DNA from: an uncultured candidate division Zixibacteria bacterium
GTDB lineage: Bacteria > Zixibacteria > MSB-5A5 > GN15 > PGXB01
Assembly: GCA_963702205.1 (NCBI GenBank)
Contig: OY969724.1
Location: 448,001 to 512,000, forward strand
Direction of reading: 5' to 3'
Length of the DNA: 64,000 bases
The notes below the pieces were generated by a model that was not told the origin of the DNA, did not search any database, and saw only the letters and a program-made list of their open reading frames with translations. A program made the position numbers and the translations under genes. Position 1 is the first letter of the stretch. Every line of letters starts with the position of its first letter. Positions 44,029 through 52,857 of this stretch are shown here, piece by piece.

Positions 44029-45843
44029 ATGACAACTGAAACCATTAGCGCCATGCCGCAACGCAATGAAATCTCCGACCAATATAAATGGAACCTGGCC
44101 GACATTTACCCGTCCGAAAGCGACTGGGATGCCGATTATAATAAAGTCCGTGGGCTTGTTGACAAAGCCGGTGAGTTCAAAGGCCGGCTCGGTTCATCTT
44201 CCGAATCTCTCTATGAATGCCTGGAAATAAAATCAGAAATTTCGCTGATATGCTCGAACCTGTATCAATATGCCCGTCTTAACCAGGACCTCGATAACCG
44301 CCAATCGAAATACCAGGCCATGACCGAAAAGGCGGCCATGCTCGGGTCGCTGGCGTCGGCGGCGTATTCTTTTGTCGAGCCGGAACTGCTGACGCTGGAC
44401 GATGCAAAACTCCGCTCGCTGGCGGCCGGTTTTCCGAAAACCGATGTTTACGATTTCATGATTACAGAGTTGATTCGTTCGCGCGCTCATATTCGTTCGG
44501 CCGAAGTCGAGGAGCTGCTGGCACAGTCGTCGATGATAGCCCGGGGGCCGGAGACGATTTTCGGAATGCTCGACGACGCCGACATGAAATACCCGTCCAT
44601 AAAAGACGAAAAGGGTCAGGAAGTGCGTCTGACCCGCCAGCGTTTTTCCCGCTTTATGGAATCCAGCGATCGGCGCGTTCGTCGCGACGCCAACGATGCC
44701 TTCATGAGCTCCTACAAAGACCACATCAATTGCCTTGGAGCGTCGCTGGCCAGTGCCGTAAACGGCGATATTTTCTACTCCCGGGCCCGCAATTACAAAA
44801 GCTCGCTCGAAATGGCCCTTGACGCACACAATATCCCGATTTCCGTATATAAATCGCTGATAGAAACAACCGAAAAAAACCTCGCGGGTCTTCACAAATG
44901 GATTGCCCTGCGTAAAAAAATATTGAAACTCGATGAAATCTACCCGTACGACGTCTATAATCCCCTGTTCCCGGAACAAGCTTACGACATCCCGTACGAA
45001 GGCGCCGTCCGTCAGGTGATCGAAGCGGTCGAGCCGTTGGGCGAGAAGTATCGCTCCATCCTGGAGAAGGGTTTCAACGGCCGCTGGGTCGACGTATTCG
45101 AAACCGAAGGCAAAGGTGGCGGGGCATATAACAGCGGTAATTACCTATATCACCCGTATGTCCTGATGAACTACAACGATACCGTGGACCATATGTTTAC
45201 CCTCGCCCACGAGATGGGTCACGCCCTCCACAGCTACCTTTCATCTCGCAGCCAGGTTTATGTGAAATCGCAGTATTCGATTTTCGTGGCCGAAGTCGCC
45301 TCGACCCTGAATGAAGGTCTGTTGCTGCAGTACCTCCTGAAAAAAACCGATGACCCCAAACAAAAACTGTTTTTGCTGAACCGTCATATCGACAACACCA
45401 AGGGTACATTTTTCCACCAGGTCCAGTTCGCTCATTTTGAATTGATGATACACGAACACGTCGAAAGCGGTCAGGCCCTGTCACCCGAAATACTGGGACA
45501 GATGTGGGTCGATCTGTTGATGAAATATTACGGTCCCGAGATGACCGTCGATAAATTCGCGCAGTACAAATGGGGGCGTATTCCGCATTTTTATTACACG
45601 TATTACGTGTACCAGTACGCCACGTCGTATGCCGCGTCGCAGGCGATTCTGGATAAATTCCTGTCCGGCGAAACCGGTATTATAGACAAATACCTGAAAT
45701 TGTTGTCATCGGGCGGCGATGATTATCCGATCAACCAGCTGAAAAAGTGCGGCATCGACATGACCACCGCCGATCCCGTCCGGGCGACAATCAAGCTGTT
45801 CGGTGAGCAGGTCGACGAAATCGAGCGCCTGGCCGGCGTATAG
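44029..45843 (+). CDS. pepF: Oligoendopeptidase F (M3B)
   Basis: KWNLADIY, GGAY, TLAHEMGHALH, FVAEVAST, RIPHFY. Confidence 0.95.
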   Translation: MTTETISAMPQRNEISDQYKWNLADIYPSESDWDADYNKVRGLVDKAGEFKGRLGSSSESLYECLEIKSEISLICSNLYQYARLNQDLDNRQSKYQAMTEKAAMLGSLASAAYSFVEPELLTLDDAKLRSLAAGFPKTDVYDFMITELIRSRAHIRSAEVEELLAQSSMIARGPETIFGMLDDADMKYPSIKDEKGQEVRLTRQRFSRFMESSDRRVRRDANDAFMSSYKDHINCLGASLASAVNGDIFYSRARNYKSSLEMALDAHNIPISVYKSLIETTEKNLAGLHKWIALRKKILKLDEIYPYDVYNPLFPEQAYDIPYEGAVRQVIEAVEPLGEKYRSILEKGFNGRWVDVFETEGKGGGAYNSGNYLYHPYVLMNYNDTVDHMFTLAHEMGHALHSYLSSRSQVYVKSQYSIFVAEVASTLNEGLLLQYLLKKTDDPKQKLFLLNRHIDNTKGTFFHQVQFAHFELMIHEHVESGQALSPEILGQMWVDLLMKYYGPEMTVDKFAQYKWGRIPHFYYTYYVYQYATSYAASQAILDKFLSGETGIIDKYLKLLSSGGDDYPINQLKKCGIDMTTADPVRATIKLFGEQVDEIERLAGV

Positions 45844-45885
45844 CGGATTGTTGGTTTTGAATTGAAAATAAGAAACTGAAATTCA

Positions 45886-45918
45886 ATGGCCGGTTGGTCT
45901 GAAGATCAACCGGCCAAA
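45886..45918. terminator. Hairpin between convergent genes
   Basis: TGGCCGGTTGGTC-TGAA-GATCAACCGGCCA. Confidence 0.6.
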
Positions 45919-45940
45919 TTTCATATATTAACATCAAATA

Positions 45941-47191
45941 CTAAAAGTTCACTTCGGCCATCAGGTACGCCCAGTACATGGCGGGCGGATCATAATATCC
46001 GGCAAATGCTTCTGAGGGCAGAAAGACCGATGCCCCGCCGGTCAATACAATGCCCGGGACACTGGTCGTGACGGCGGTCAGGTCAAGTTCGGAGCCTATT
46101 TTCCTGGTGTCATTGCCGACAAAATCCACATAGTCGGCCGTAGCTTTGAAAAAGTGCATATCGCCCTTGACGGTCCACATGGGGTACGGGTCGAGGCTGG
46201 CCCGGAAGACAACGTCCAAAAGTCCGTAATAAGGCGAGTCCACGAAATAGTCCATGTATCCGCGGAATTTATGGCCGGTATAATAAAGATTGTCATAAGC
46301 GTTATTGGTTAGATCTCCTTGTCTGTCGTCGCCCGAAGTATAATCCAGCCCGAACGCCAGCCTGAGATTATTGTCGCGCTCTTCGAACGTATAGCCTGCT
46401 TCTCCCTGTATCATCACTGCCGAAATATCGATATTGGCGGGAGTGGCCGCCGTGGGATCGGCCTGGTCCCCGCTTTGATAAACCGCCGTCACTTCATAGT
46501 CCACTTCATCCCGCACCCCGGAGTGGTACAACCCGATATTGAACCGATTCAACTTGTTGTAGCGGGTGGTCTGCCGGGCGGCGTTGAGATTGTCGGCACT
46601 GTGCTCATAAAACCCGAACAGTTCCAAATTTATATCTTTGAAGATCGCGTTAAGGCCGGTGATGTCGAAATCACGGTTTTCAAGCGTGTCGTTCAGTTCC
46701 AGTCTTTTAAGCCAGTAGCCGTTTAGTCTGAAATCGAGTTGATCATACCACAGCATGCCGCCGTCCCAGGCCCGGCCGACATTGCTCCAGTCTACGGCAC
46801 CGAAAACCCGTTGATTGCCGATATTGACCTCGAAACGACCGACTTTAAGACCGACGCCGTCGTGCCAGAGGCGATTGATCTGGATATAGGCCTGATGAAT
46901 GTCGACATTTTTCTTGTCGTTCAGGGCTCCCGATGTGTCCGCCCCGAAGACGCGGCTGTCCTGAAACTGGACGTAGGCGATGACATTTTTTTCCAGCTCG
47001 GTCTGAAGATGAACCCGGGTACGAAGCTCGGAATATTTAAGGGTCACATTGGCCGGGTTAAGATCGCGATCATCGTATTGACCTCGAAAACGCATCTGAC
47101 CACCGAAATCCAGTTTCGGTTCCGCCAGAACATTTCCGGCCAATCCAAGAAACAGACCGGAAATAATTAAAACCGTTGCCAGACTTTTCAT
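45941..47191 (-). CDS. Alginate-export-family outer-membrane beta-barrel protein
   Basis: Signal peptide, QFQDSR, DIHQAY, KVGRFE, QRVFGAVDWSNVGRAWDG, terminal Phe; ATG 47191 with GGAGG RBS. Confidence 0.8.
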   Translation of the reverse strand: MKSLATVLIISGLFLGLAGNVLAEPKLDFGGQMRFRGQYDDRDLNPANVTLKYSELRTRVHLQTELEKNVIAYVQFQDSRVFGADTSGALNDKKNVDIHQAYIQINRLWHDGVGLKVGRFEVNIGNQRVFGAVDWSNVGRAWDGGMLWYDQLDFRLNGYWLKRLELNDTLENRDFDITGLNAIFKDINLELFGFYEHSADNLNAARQTTRYNKLNRFNIGLYHSGVRDEVDYEVTAVYQSGDQADPTAATPANIDISAVMIQGEAGYTFEERDNNLRLAFGLDYTSGDDRQGDLTNNAYDNLYYTGHKFRGYMDYFVDSPYYGLLDVVFRASLDPYPMWTVKGDMHFFKATADYVDFVGNDTRKIGSELDLTAVTTSVPGIVLTGGASVFLPSEAFAGYYDPPAMYWAYLMAEVNF

Positions 47192-47387
47192 AAGTCCCTC
47201 CTGTTGAACGCCGAATTTACGGCATAAAATATGGTCGTCTTTTATTTTAAGACTTAAATTTGACAAAATAGGACCGATTTGTCAACTTATATTACGGGAT
47301 GTGGAGATTGCGCTTTCTTAAATAATCGTATCTATGTATTTTTCATATAGATTTTATCATAAGGTCATCCATAATGGGAGGTGTTAT

Positions 47388-47897
47388 ATGAACAGGTCAT
47401 TGATACTTCTCGCGCTGGTGTTTTCCTCGGCTGTTTCAGTTGCTGCACAGGACAATACTGCTGCTTCGGCTCCCGCTTGTATCAGAGAAGCGGATCAAAT
47501 CCTTAACATCGGGGACAAGATAAGACTTACCTCTGCCAATGGTCATTTTGTGGAAGGATATTTGGCCGGGATATCCTATGAATCATCATACATTTCAATC
47601 GGGCAGAGGAACCACAAACCTGCCGGTCAAAACCATATTGCTTTCAGCGATATAGATCAAATCAGTTATTATAAAAGGGGGAAACTAAAGCCGTTGTATA
47701 TCCTCGGCGGCTTTGTAGGTGGAATTTTAGTCGGCGGGTTTATCGGGACCATAGCGGGCAGCCATAGCGATGAAATGTTTGGACAAATAGATGCTGCCGC
47801 AACAGGCGCTGGGATTGGCGCGATGACCGGAATAGCATTGGGTTTTGCCTGTTCGGTTCACGCCAAAAAACTCGTAGAAATAAAATGCGATTTCTGA
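47388..47897 (+). CDS. Hypothetical exported protein with C-terminal glycine-zipper helices
   Basis: GGGAGG RBS, signal peptide, GxxxGxxxG repeats. Confidence 0.7.
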   Translation: MNRSLILLALVFSSAVSVAAQDNTAASAPACIREADQILNIGDKIRLTSANGHFVEGYLAGISYESSYISIGQRNHKPAGQNHIAFSDIDQISYYKRGKLKPLYILGGFVGGILVGGFIGTIAGSHSDEMFGQIDAAATGAGIGAMTGIALGFACSVHAKKLVEIKCDF

Positions 47898-47907
47898 TCA
47901 ACCTGCC

Positions 47908-47941
47908 AATAAAAAACCCGGTGACCAAAAGGCCGCCGGGT
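47908..47941 (-). terminator. Rho-independent terminator
   Basis: ACCCGGCGGCC-TTTT-GGTCACCGGGT then a T-tract on the minus strand. Confidence 0.7.
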
Positions 47942-47996
47942 CGGCTAAACTGTTGGGATTTACTCAGCATACCCCAACATATAAATGGGGATTCTG

Positions 47997-48032
47997 CTAA
48001 GTAGCAGCCACCTCACGTTTGTCTGATTTCAA
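47997..48032 (-). other. Candidate 11-codon small ORF (MKSDKREVAAT) or sRNA element
   Basis: Perfect AAAGGAGGTG SD 7 nt before TTG; hairpin over the stop codon; terminator downstream. Confidence 0.4.
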
Positions 48033-48160
48033 AATAGACCACCTCCTTTCCCGTGTACTAATAATAACGGCCAAAAGGGCCTAAATATCAATAAAAAAAG
48101 TCAAAAAAATCGACCCATAATCCCCTGAATCTATCGGAAAACGGTAAATTTTGTGCCATT

Positions 48161-48517
48161 TTAATAATCGTGGGTCCCGACCACCAACTCTTTGCCGAAC
48201 TTGTCTTTAACTATCGCGGCGATCTTTTCAAAATCAAGCGGGCACTGACCGGTGGTTTTGGCCTTCACGATACAGGTTCCCAGATGGATATGATCGTATT
48301 TACGGCCGATATGGTCTGCTATTTCATTCATCAAAAGCATTTTCGGGACGATCAGTCCGGGGCAGTCGCCGCAATTACCCAGGGCGATCAGCTCGATGTC
48401 ATCATCGTAGCGCGAGAACTCCCCATCTTTTAAGCTGACAGCTTTCAGGCATTTTTCGCAGGCGATGCATAATTGGTCCTGGATTCGTTTGCAACCGATA
48501 ATAGCGATTTTGGCCAT
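48161..48517 (-). CDS. CGGC-domain protein (Cys-rich, metal-binding)
   Basis: IIGC, CIACEKC, CGDCPG, IHLGTC, CP, GTH motifs. Confidence 0.85.
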   Translation of the reverse strand: MAKIAIIGCKRIQDQLCIACEKCLKAVSLKDGEFSRYDDDIELIALGNCGDCPGLIVPKMLLMNEIADHIGRKYDHIHLGTCIVKAKTTGQCPLDFEKIAAIVKDKFGKELVVGTHDY

Positions 48518-48748
48518 ATAAAACCCTCCTTTATGAAGAAATTTATTATTGACATATTAGAAAACAACGCCGCCCGGCGCAAGCAACTTGTTGAAACATA
48601 ACAATATATAAGACAATTACAATCCTGATTTGTACAATGGCGAATATATCCAAAAAAAGCGCTTGTCAATTTTCGGGCCGTCTTCTTTCTTGATACCTGT
48701 GTCGTATAATGAAATATGGAATCAATCGAAAACGCCGGAGGAAATATC

Positions 48749-49471
48749 ATGCAGCCGCGACGCATCATCGTTCTTATAGCTATCATGCTTATCGCTTTTG
48801 CCTGCAATCAAAAGCAGCCGGAGAAAGTATCGTCCACATCACAGGATCGGGAGTTCCCCGAACTGAACGCCTATTTGAATGCCCTGGATGACGCCGTCCA
48901 CGGCGTTATAGATTCCAATTTCGCTTCGGTTCGCGAAAACGCCCCACTTCTGGCCGACGCCTGCCGGACTCTGGAAAAAGCTCCGCTTCCCAAATTTTTT
49001 GAGGATGTCGCGTCGCAATTCGCCGAGGCCCAGCCCGTCCTCATGTCGGCGGTAGATCATTTCACAAATATGGCGACGTCCGGAACCGATGACCAGCTCG
49101 AAGCTGCGCTTGATTCGGTGCGCTCGGCCTCTATCGCCGTTTGGGCGGTGTTCGTGCCGAATATAAAACCGATTGAGGATTTCCATAAAGCACTGCAGCC
49201 CGCCTGGCATAATTTTACCGTCAATGAGGAGTGGGATTCGTTGAAACTCTATCTGCCTGCTTTCGATGACGCCATACTCGTGCTCGATACGACCACTTTA
49301 CCCGCCAAGTACGATTACGCGCAGGACAAGTTCAAAACCGGGGTGGCCAATCTTGAGGCGGCTTTCGATTCACTCAAGTATGCCTTTGCCGAAAACAGGC
49401 TGGACGATCTTCCCGGTAAAATGACCGACCTGCACGATGCTTTTCACGAGCTGCAGAATTTTTATAAATAA
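48749..49471 (+). CDS. Hypothetical lipoprotein (helical, paired His motifs)
   Basis: Lipobox IAFAC; FHKALQPAWH and LHDAFH motifs; GGAGGA RBS. Confidence 0.75.
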   Translation: MQPRRIIVLIAIMLIAFACNQKQPEKVSSTSQDREFPELNAYLNALDDAVHGVIDSNFASVRENAPLLADACRTLEKAPLPKFFEDVASQFAEAQPVLMSAVDHFTNMATSGTDDQLEAALDSVRSASIAVWAVFVPNIKPIEDFHKALQPAWHNFTVNEEWDSLKLYLPAFDDAILVLDTTTLPAKYDYAQDKFKTGVANLEAAFDSLKYAFAENRLDDLPGKMTDLHDAFHELQNFYK

Positions 49472-49494
49472 AACCGGAATTTATCTTTTTATAT

Positions 49495-49522
49495 GGCCGG
49501 GCCGAGCAGCCCGGCCTTTTTT
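49495..49522 (+). terminator. Rho-independent terminator
   Basis: GGCCGGGC-CGAGCA-GCCCGGCC-T6. Confidence 0.8.
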
Positions 49523-49583
49523 ATTGCATGGCGATTGACAGCCCATAATTTGATTTTATATGCGATCAAACAAGGAAGTTACC

Positions 49584-52004
49584 ATGAAAAAAATAACTGC
49601 GATTTCGTTAATTACATTTATTGCCCTGACTGCTTCGGCCCTCGCCGTCGGCATTCCCGGATATTATCAGCGCTCCGGTTTTTTGTTCACGCCGCCATCG
49701 GTGTACAACGACGGTCTTCTCGGTTTTTCCAACCCGGCCAATCTGGCGCTCATACCTCGCGGTGAAGTCCGTCTGACCTGGACAACCGATGGGACCGATT
49801 TTTCGTCCTTCGACAACTGGGGTTTTATGGCGGCCGTGCCCAATCTCGGGATCAATTATTTCCGCTACAATATCGGAGATACCCCGGCCAGCGACTACCG
49901 CCTCGCCCTGGCTTTCGGTACTCCGGGTCATACCATGGGTTTGTCGTACGGCTGGTCGACCGGAGACAACGACGCCGCCGGACGCGAAAAAGTGCTGACT
50001 CTCGGAACCATCGCCCGGCCCAATAAGTACATTTCAACCGGGCTCGTTTACAATGAATCGCTCGAAAGCAAGGACAACGAATTGATCGGCGATATCGGCC
50101 TTCGCCCTGCCGGCACCCCGACCCTGACCGTCTTCGCCGACGCCGCCCTTAAGTACAACATGAGTTTTTCGGACCTGCCGTGGAGCATCGGAGCCGTTAT
50201 CGAGCCGGCCGCCGGGATAAACATCATCGGACGGTATTTCGACTCCGAATCGTTCACTATCGGCGTAACTATCGGTCTGGGAAGTCTCGGTTTCGGTTCG
50301 CAGACGCACTATAATATGAATCAACATCATGTCGGTTACAGCAATTATGTCCGGCTCGGCGGGGTTAAGCCGAGCTATATTTCGGAATATTTCGAGCGTG
50401 ACCGTCGGTTCGTAGCCATGCCTCTCAAAGGTACTATCGGGTACCAAAAGTACCACTACTTTGACAACAGCGGGCCGCGCCTGTACGATATATTGAACGA
50501 AATCAAAGCGGCGGCGACCGATCCCCGGGTCGGCGCGCTGGCGATCAACCTGTCGGGCATGCACGTATACCCGGAACACGCCTGGGAAATCAGAAACCAA
50601 CTGGCCGAATTCAAGACCAGCGGCAAACCGGTTGTCATTTTCATCGATCAGGCGGAGATGACACAGTACCACCTCGCCAGCGTCGCCGACGTGGTCGTCA
50701 TGGACCCCCAGGGGTACTTACTGCTCGGGGGGTACGTCTCGGGACGGACGTACTTCAAGGGGACACTGGAAAAGCTCGGCCTCGGTTTCGAGCCCTGGCG
50801 GTTTTTTAAGTACAAATCCGGCCCGGAATCGTACAGCCGCGACGGCATGTCCCCCGCCGACCGCGAACAGCGCCAGGCCTTTGTCGATGATCGCTACGAT
50901 CTGGCTCGCGATGAAATCTGCGCGTCGCGACTCATTTCATCCGACGATTTCGACAACCTCATCGACAACGTCGGCTATCTCGACGCCTCTGAAGCTATCG
51001 ATTACAAACTCGTCGACACCCTCGCCCGGTGGTCCGATGTCGGGGGTGTGGTGCGCGACTTGAGCGGTAAATTCATGTGGGCCATCGGCCCGGAAGAAAC
51101 CCAAGCCATCGCCGTTCCGTCGCAATCGTGGGGTTCCAAACCAAAAATTGCGGTCGTCTACGCCATCGGCGAATGCGAGATGGACAGCGGGATCAAAGCC
51201 CGCTGGCTGGAAAACGTATTCGAGGCCCTCACAGTACAGCCGAATATCACCGCGGTCGTGTTTCGCGTCGACAGCCCCGGCGGTTACGGTCTGCCCAGCG
51301 ACCTCGTGGCTCAGGCGGTACGCAAATGCGCATCGGTAAAGCCGGTTATCGTCTCCCAGGGACAGTTGGCTGCCTCGGGTGGATACTGGATTTCCGCCTT
51401 CGGAAATGAGATCGTCGCCGGTCCGGGGACCCTGACCGGGTCGATCGGAGTGTACGGCGGCTGGGTGTACGACAAAGATTTTAGCGAAAAGCTCGGCATG
51501 ACGTACGACTTCGTCAAGCGCGGGGAACACGCCGACCTTCAGATGGGCGTGCGCCTGCCTTTTCTTGGCATCACGGTACCCGGTCGCAACCTGACCGATG
51601 ACGAATTCGCCATAATGAAAAGGGCGATACTAAAACACTATGACCAGTTTGTCGGCGTCGTGTCCGAGGGCCGCAATATACCCGAAGAGCGTGTGCGTGA
51701 AATCGGCGAGGGCCGGGTGTACTCCGGAACCGACGGCCTCGAACTGGGCCTCGTCGATCGCCTCGGTTCGTTGACTACCGCGATAGACGTCGCCAAAGAC
51801 CGCGCTGGTCTTACGCCGGATCAGGAAGTGGACATCATCGAAATCCCAAAGTACAAAGGTTTGTTCGATATTCATTTTCCTGGTTTGCCCGATATACCGA
51901 GTCTGAAAGACGAACCCTCGATGATGTACCTTAAAATGATCACCGACTCCCCCGCCCAGCCGCTTTTCATGCTCCCCCCCGATTTTCAGCCGGGGCTGGA
52001 GTGA
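49584..52004 (+). CDS. sppA: Signal peptide peptidase SppA (S49, tandem domains) with N-terminal beta-rich extension
   Basis: KYKSGPE, RVDSPGG, AASGGYW, TGSIGV, GRVYSG, GLVDRLG. Confidence 0.88.
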   Translation: MKKITAISLITFIALTASALAVGIPGYYQRSGFLFTPPSVYNDGLLGFSNPANLALIPRGEVRLTWTTDGTDFSSFDNWGFMAAVPNLGINYFRYNIGDTPASDYRLALAFGTPGHTMGLSYGWSTGDNDAAGREKVLTLGTIARPNKYISTGLVYNESLESKDNELIGDIGLRPAGTPTLTVFADAALKYNMSFSDLPWSIGAVIEPAAGINIIGRYFDSESFTIGVTIGLGSLGFGSQTHYNMNQHHVGYSNYVRLGGVKPSYISEYFERDRRFVAMPLKGTIGYQKYHYFDNSGPRLYDILNEIKAAATDPRVGALAINLSGMHVYPEHAWEIRNQLAEFKTSGKPVVIFIDQAEMTQYHLASVADVVVMDPQGYLLLGGYVSGRTYFKGTLEKLGLGFEPWRFFKYKSGPESYSRDGMSPADREQRQAFVDDRYDLARDEICASRLISSDDFDNLIDNVGYLDASEAIDYKLVDTLARWSDVGGVVRDLSGKFMWAIGPEETQAIAVPSQSWGSKPKIAVVYAIGECEMDSGIKARWLENVFEALTVQPNITAVVFRVDSPGGYGLPSDLVAQAVRKCASVKPVIVSQGQLAASGGYWISAFGNEIVAGPGTLTGSIGVYGGWVYDKDFSEKLGMTYDFVKRGEHADLQMGVRLPFLGITVPGRNLTDDEFAIMKRAILKHYDQFVGVVSEGRNIPEERVREIGEGRVYSGTDGLELGLVDRLGSLTTAIDVAKDRAGLTPDQEVDIIEIPKYKGLFDIHFPGLPDIPSLKDEPSMMYLKMITDSPAQPLFMLPPDFQPGLE

Positions 52005-52054
52005 TGGTCAGCTATTATAGTACACTCTTCCGATACATTCACCTTAACCGCGTT

Positions 52055-52570
52055 AATGTCATTCCCGCGCAGGCGGGAATCCATCTTTATGTGCCCGAGC
52101 GCCTGGACATATTGAGACCCTGGAGCAGATGTGGACATCTGCCGCCCACTTGAATAAATGTCATGTTTCTCATCCCCGCGATAACGGGGCTTCGGAACGT
52201 CGACCTACTGACGACCGCTCCCAGAATGTCATTCCCGCGCAGGCGGGAATCCATCTTTATGTGCCCGAGTGCCTGGACATATTGAGACCCTGGGGCAGAT
52301 GTGGACATCTGCCGCCCACTTGGTCGGGGGATTCGGAACACCGACCTAAGTCGTGACGCCACTTCACTGCGCTGTCGGGAACCCTTTCCCGACAGCATTC
52401 TCGCTTTATCCCAAAAGCGTCGGGGAAGGGTTCCTGACGCCGCTAAAAGATATTAAGACAAAGAACTGGATTCCCGCCTTCGCGGGAATGACATTTTTCA
52501 GAACATTGCCTCTACTTCACAGGAATGACATATTTCGAAACTGCGTATATTACACGCGGGAATGACATTA
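52055..52570. repeat. REP-like mosaic array with a 98-bp direct repeat
   Basis: 52055-52152 approximately equals 52225-52322; GTCATTCCCGCGCAGGCGGGAATCCA x2 plus an inverted copy at 52468-52493; GTCGGGAACC pair like 12997-13064. Confidence 0.9.
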
Positions 52571-52767
52571 ATTGAGGCATCGCCTTGTATTCGAGGTAAT
52601 GGCATTATTCCGGCTTCTCCTTTTCTTCGCGTGGTGGCTTCCCAGCGTTGGGCCCGGCCTGGCCTGAGCTTTGAAGGGTCGATCCTCAGATCGACCGGGT
52701 CGGCGGCGGGTCGGAGGATCCGCCGATCACGACGCACAAATTGACGGCTTAACATAACCATCAATAT

Positions 52768-52801
52768 AAAAAACCCGGCGGGGCAATGCTCGCCGGGTTT
52801 T
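52768..52801. terminator. Bidirectional rho-independent terminator
   Basis: A6-CCCGGCG...CGCCGGG-T4. Confidence 0.75.
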
Positions 52802-52857
52802 AATGAGAATCTTTTCTAAGACGAACGTTTAATCTGCATCCGCCATATTCTCATCTG

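Noticed and set aside
52087..52764. Short ORFs between sppA and the M16 peptidase (also 12933-13133, 21684-22447)
   Set aside because: They are translations of REP mosaics, with recurring WIPAFAGMT-type strings
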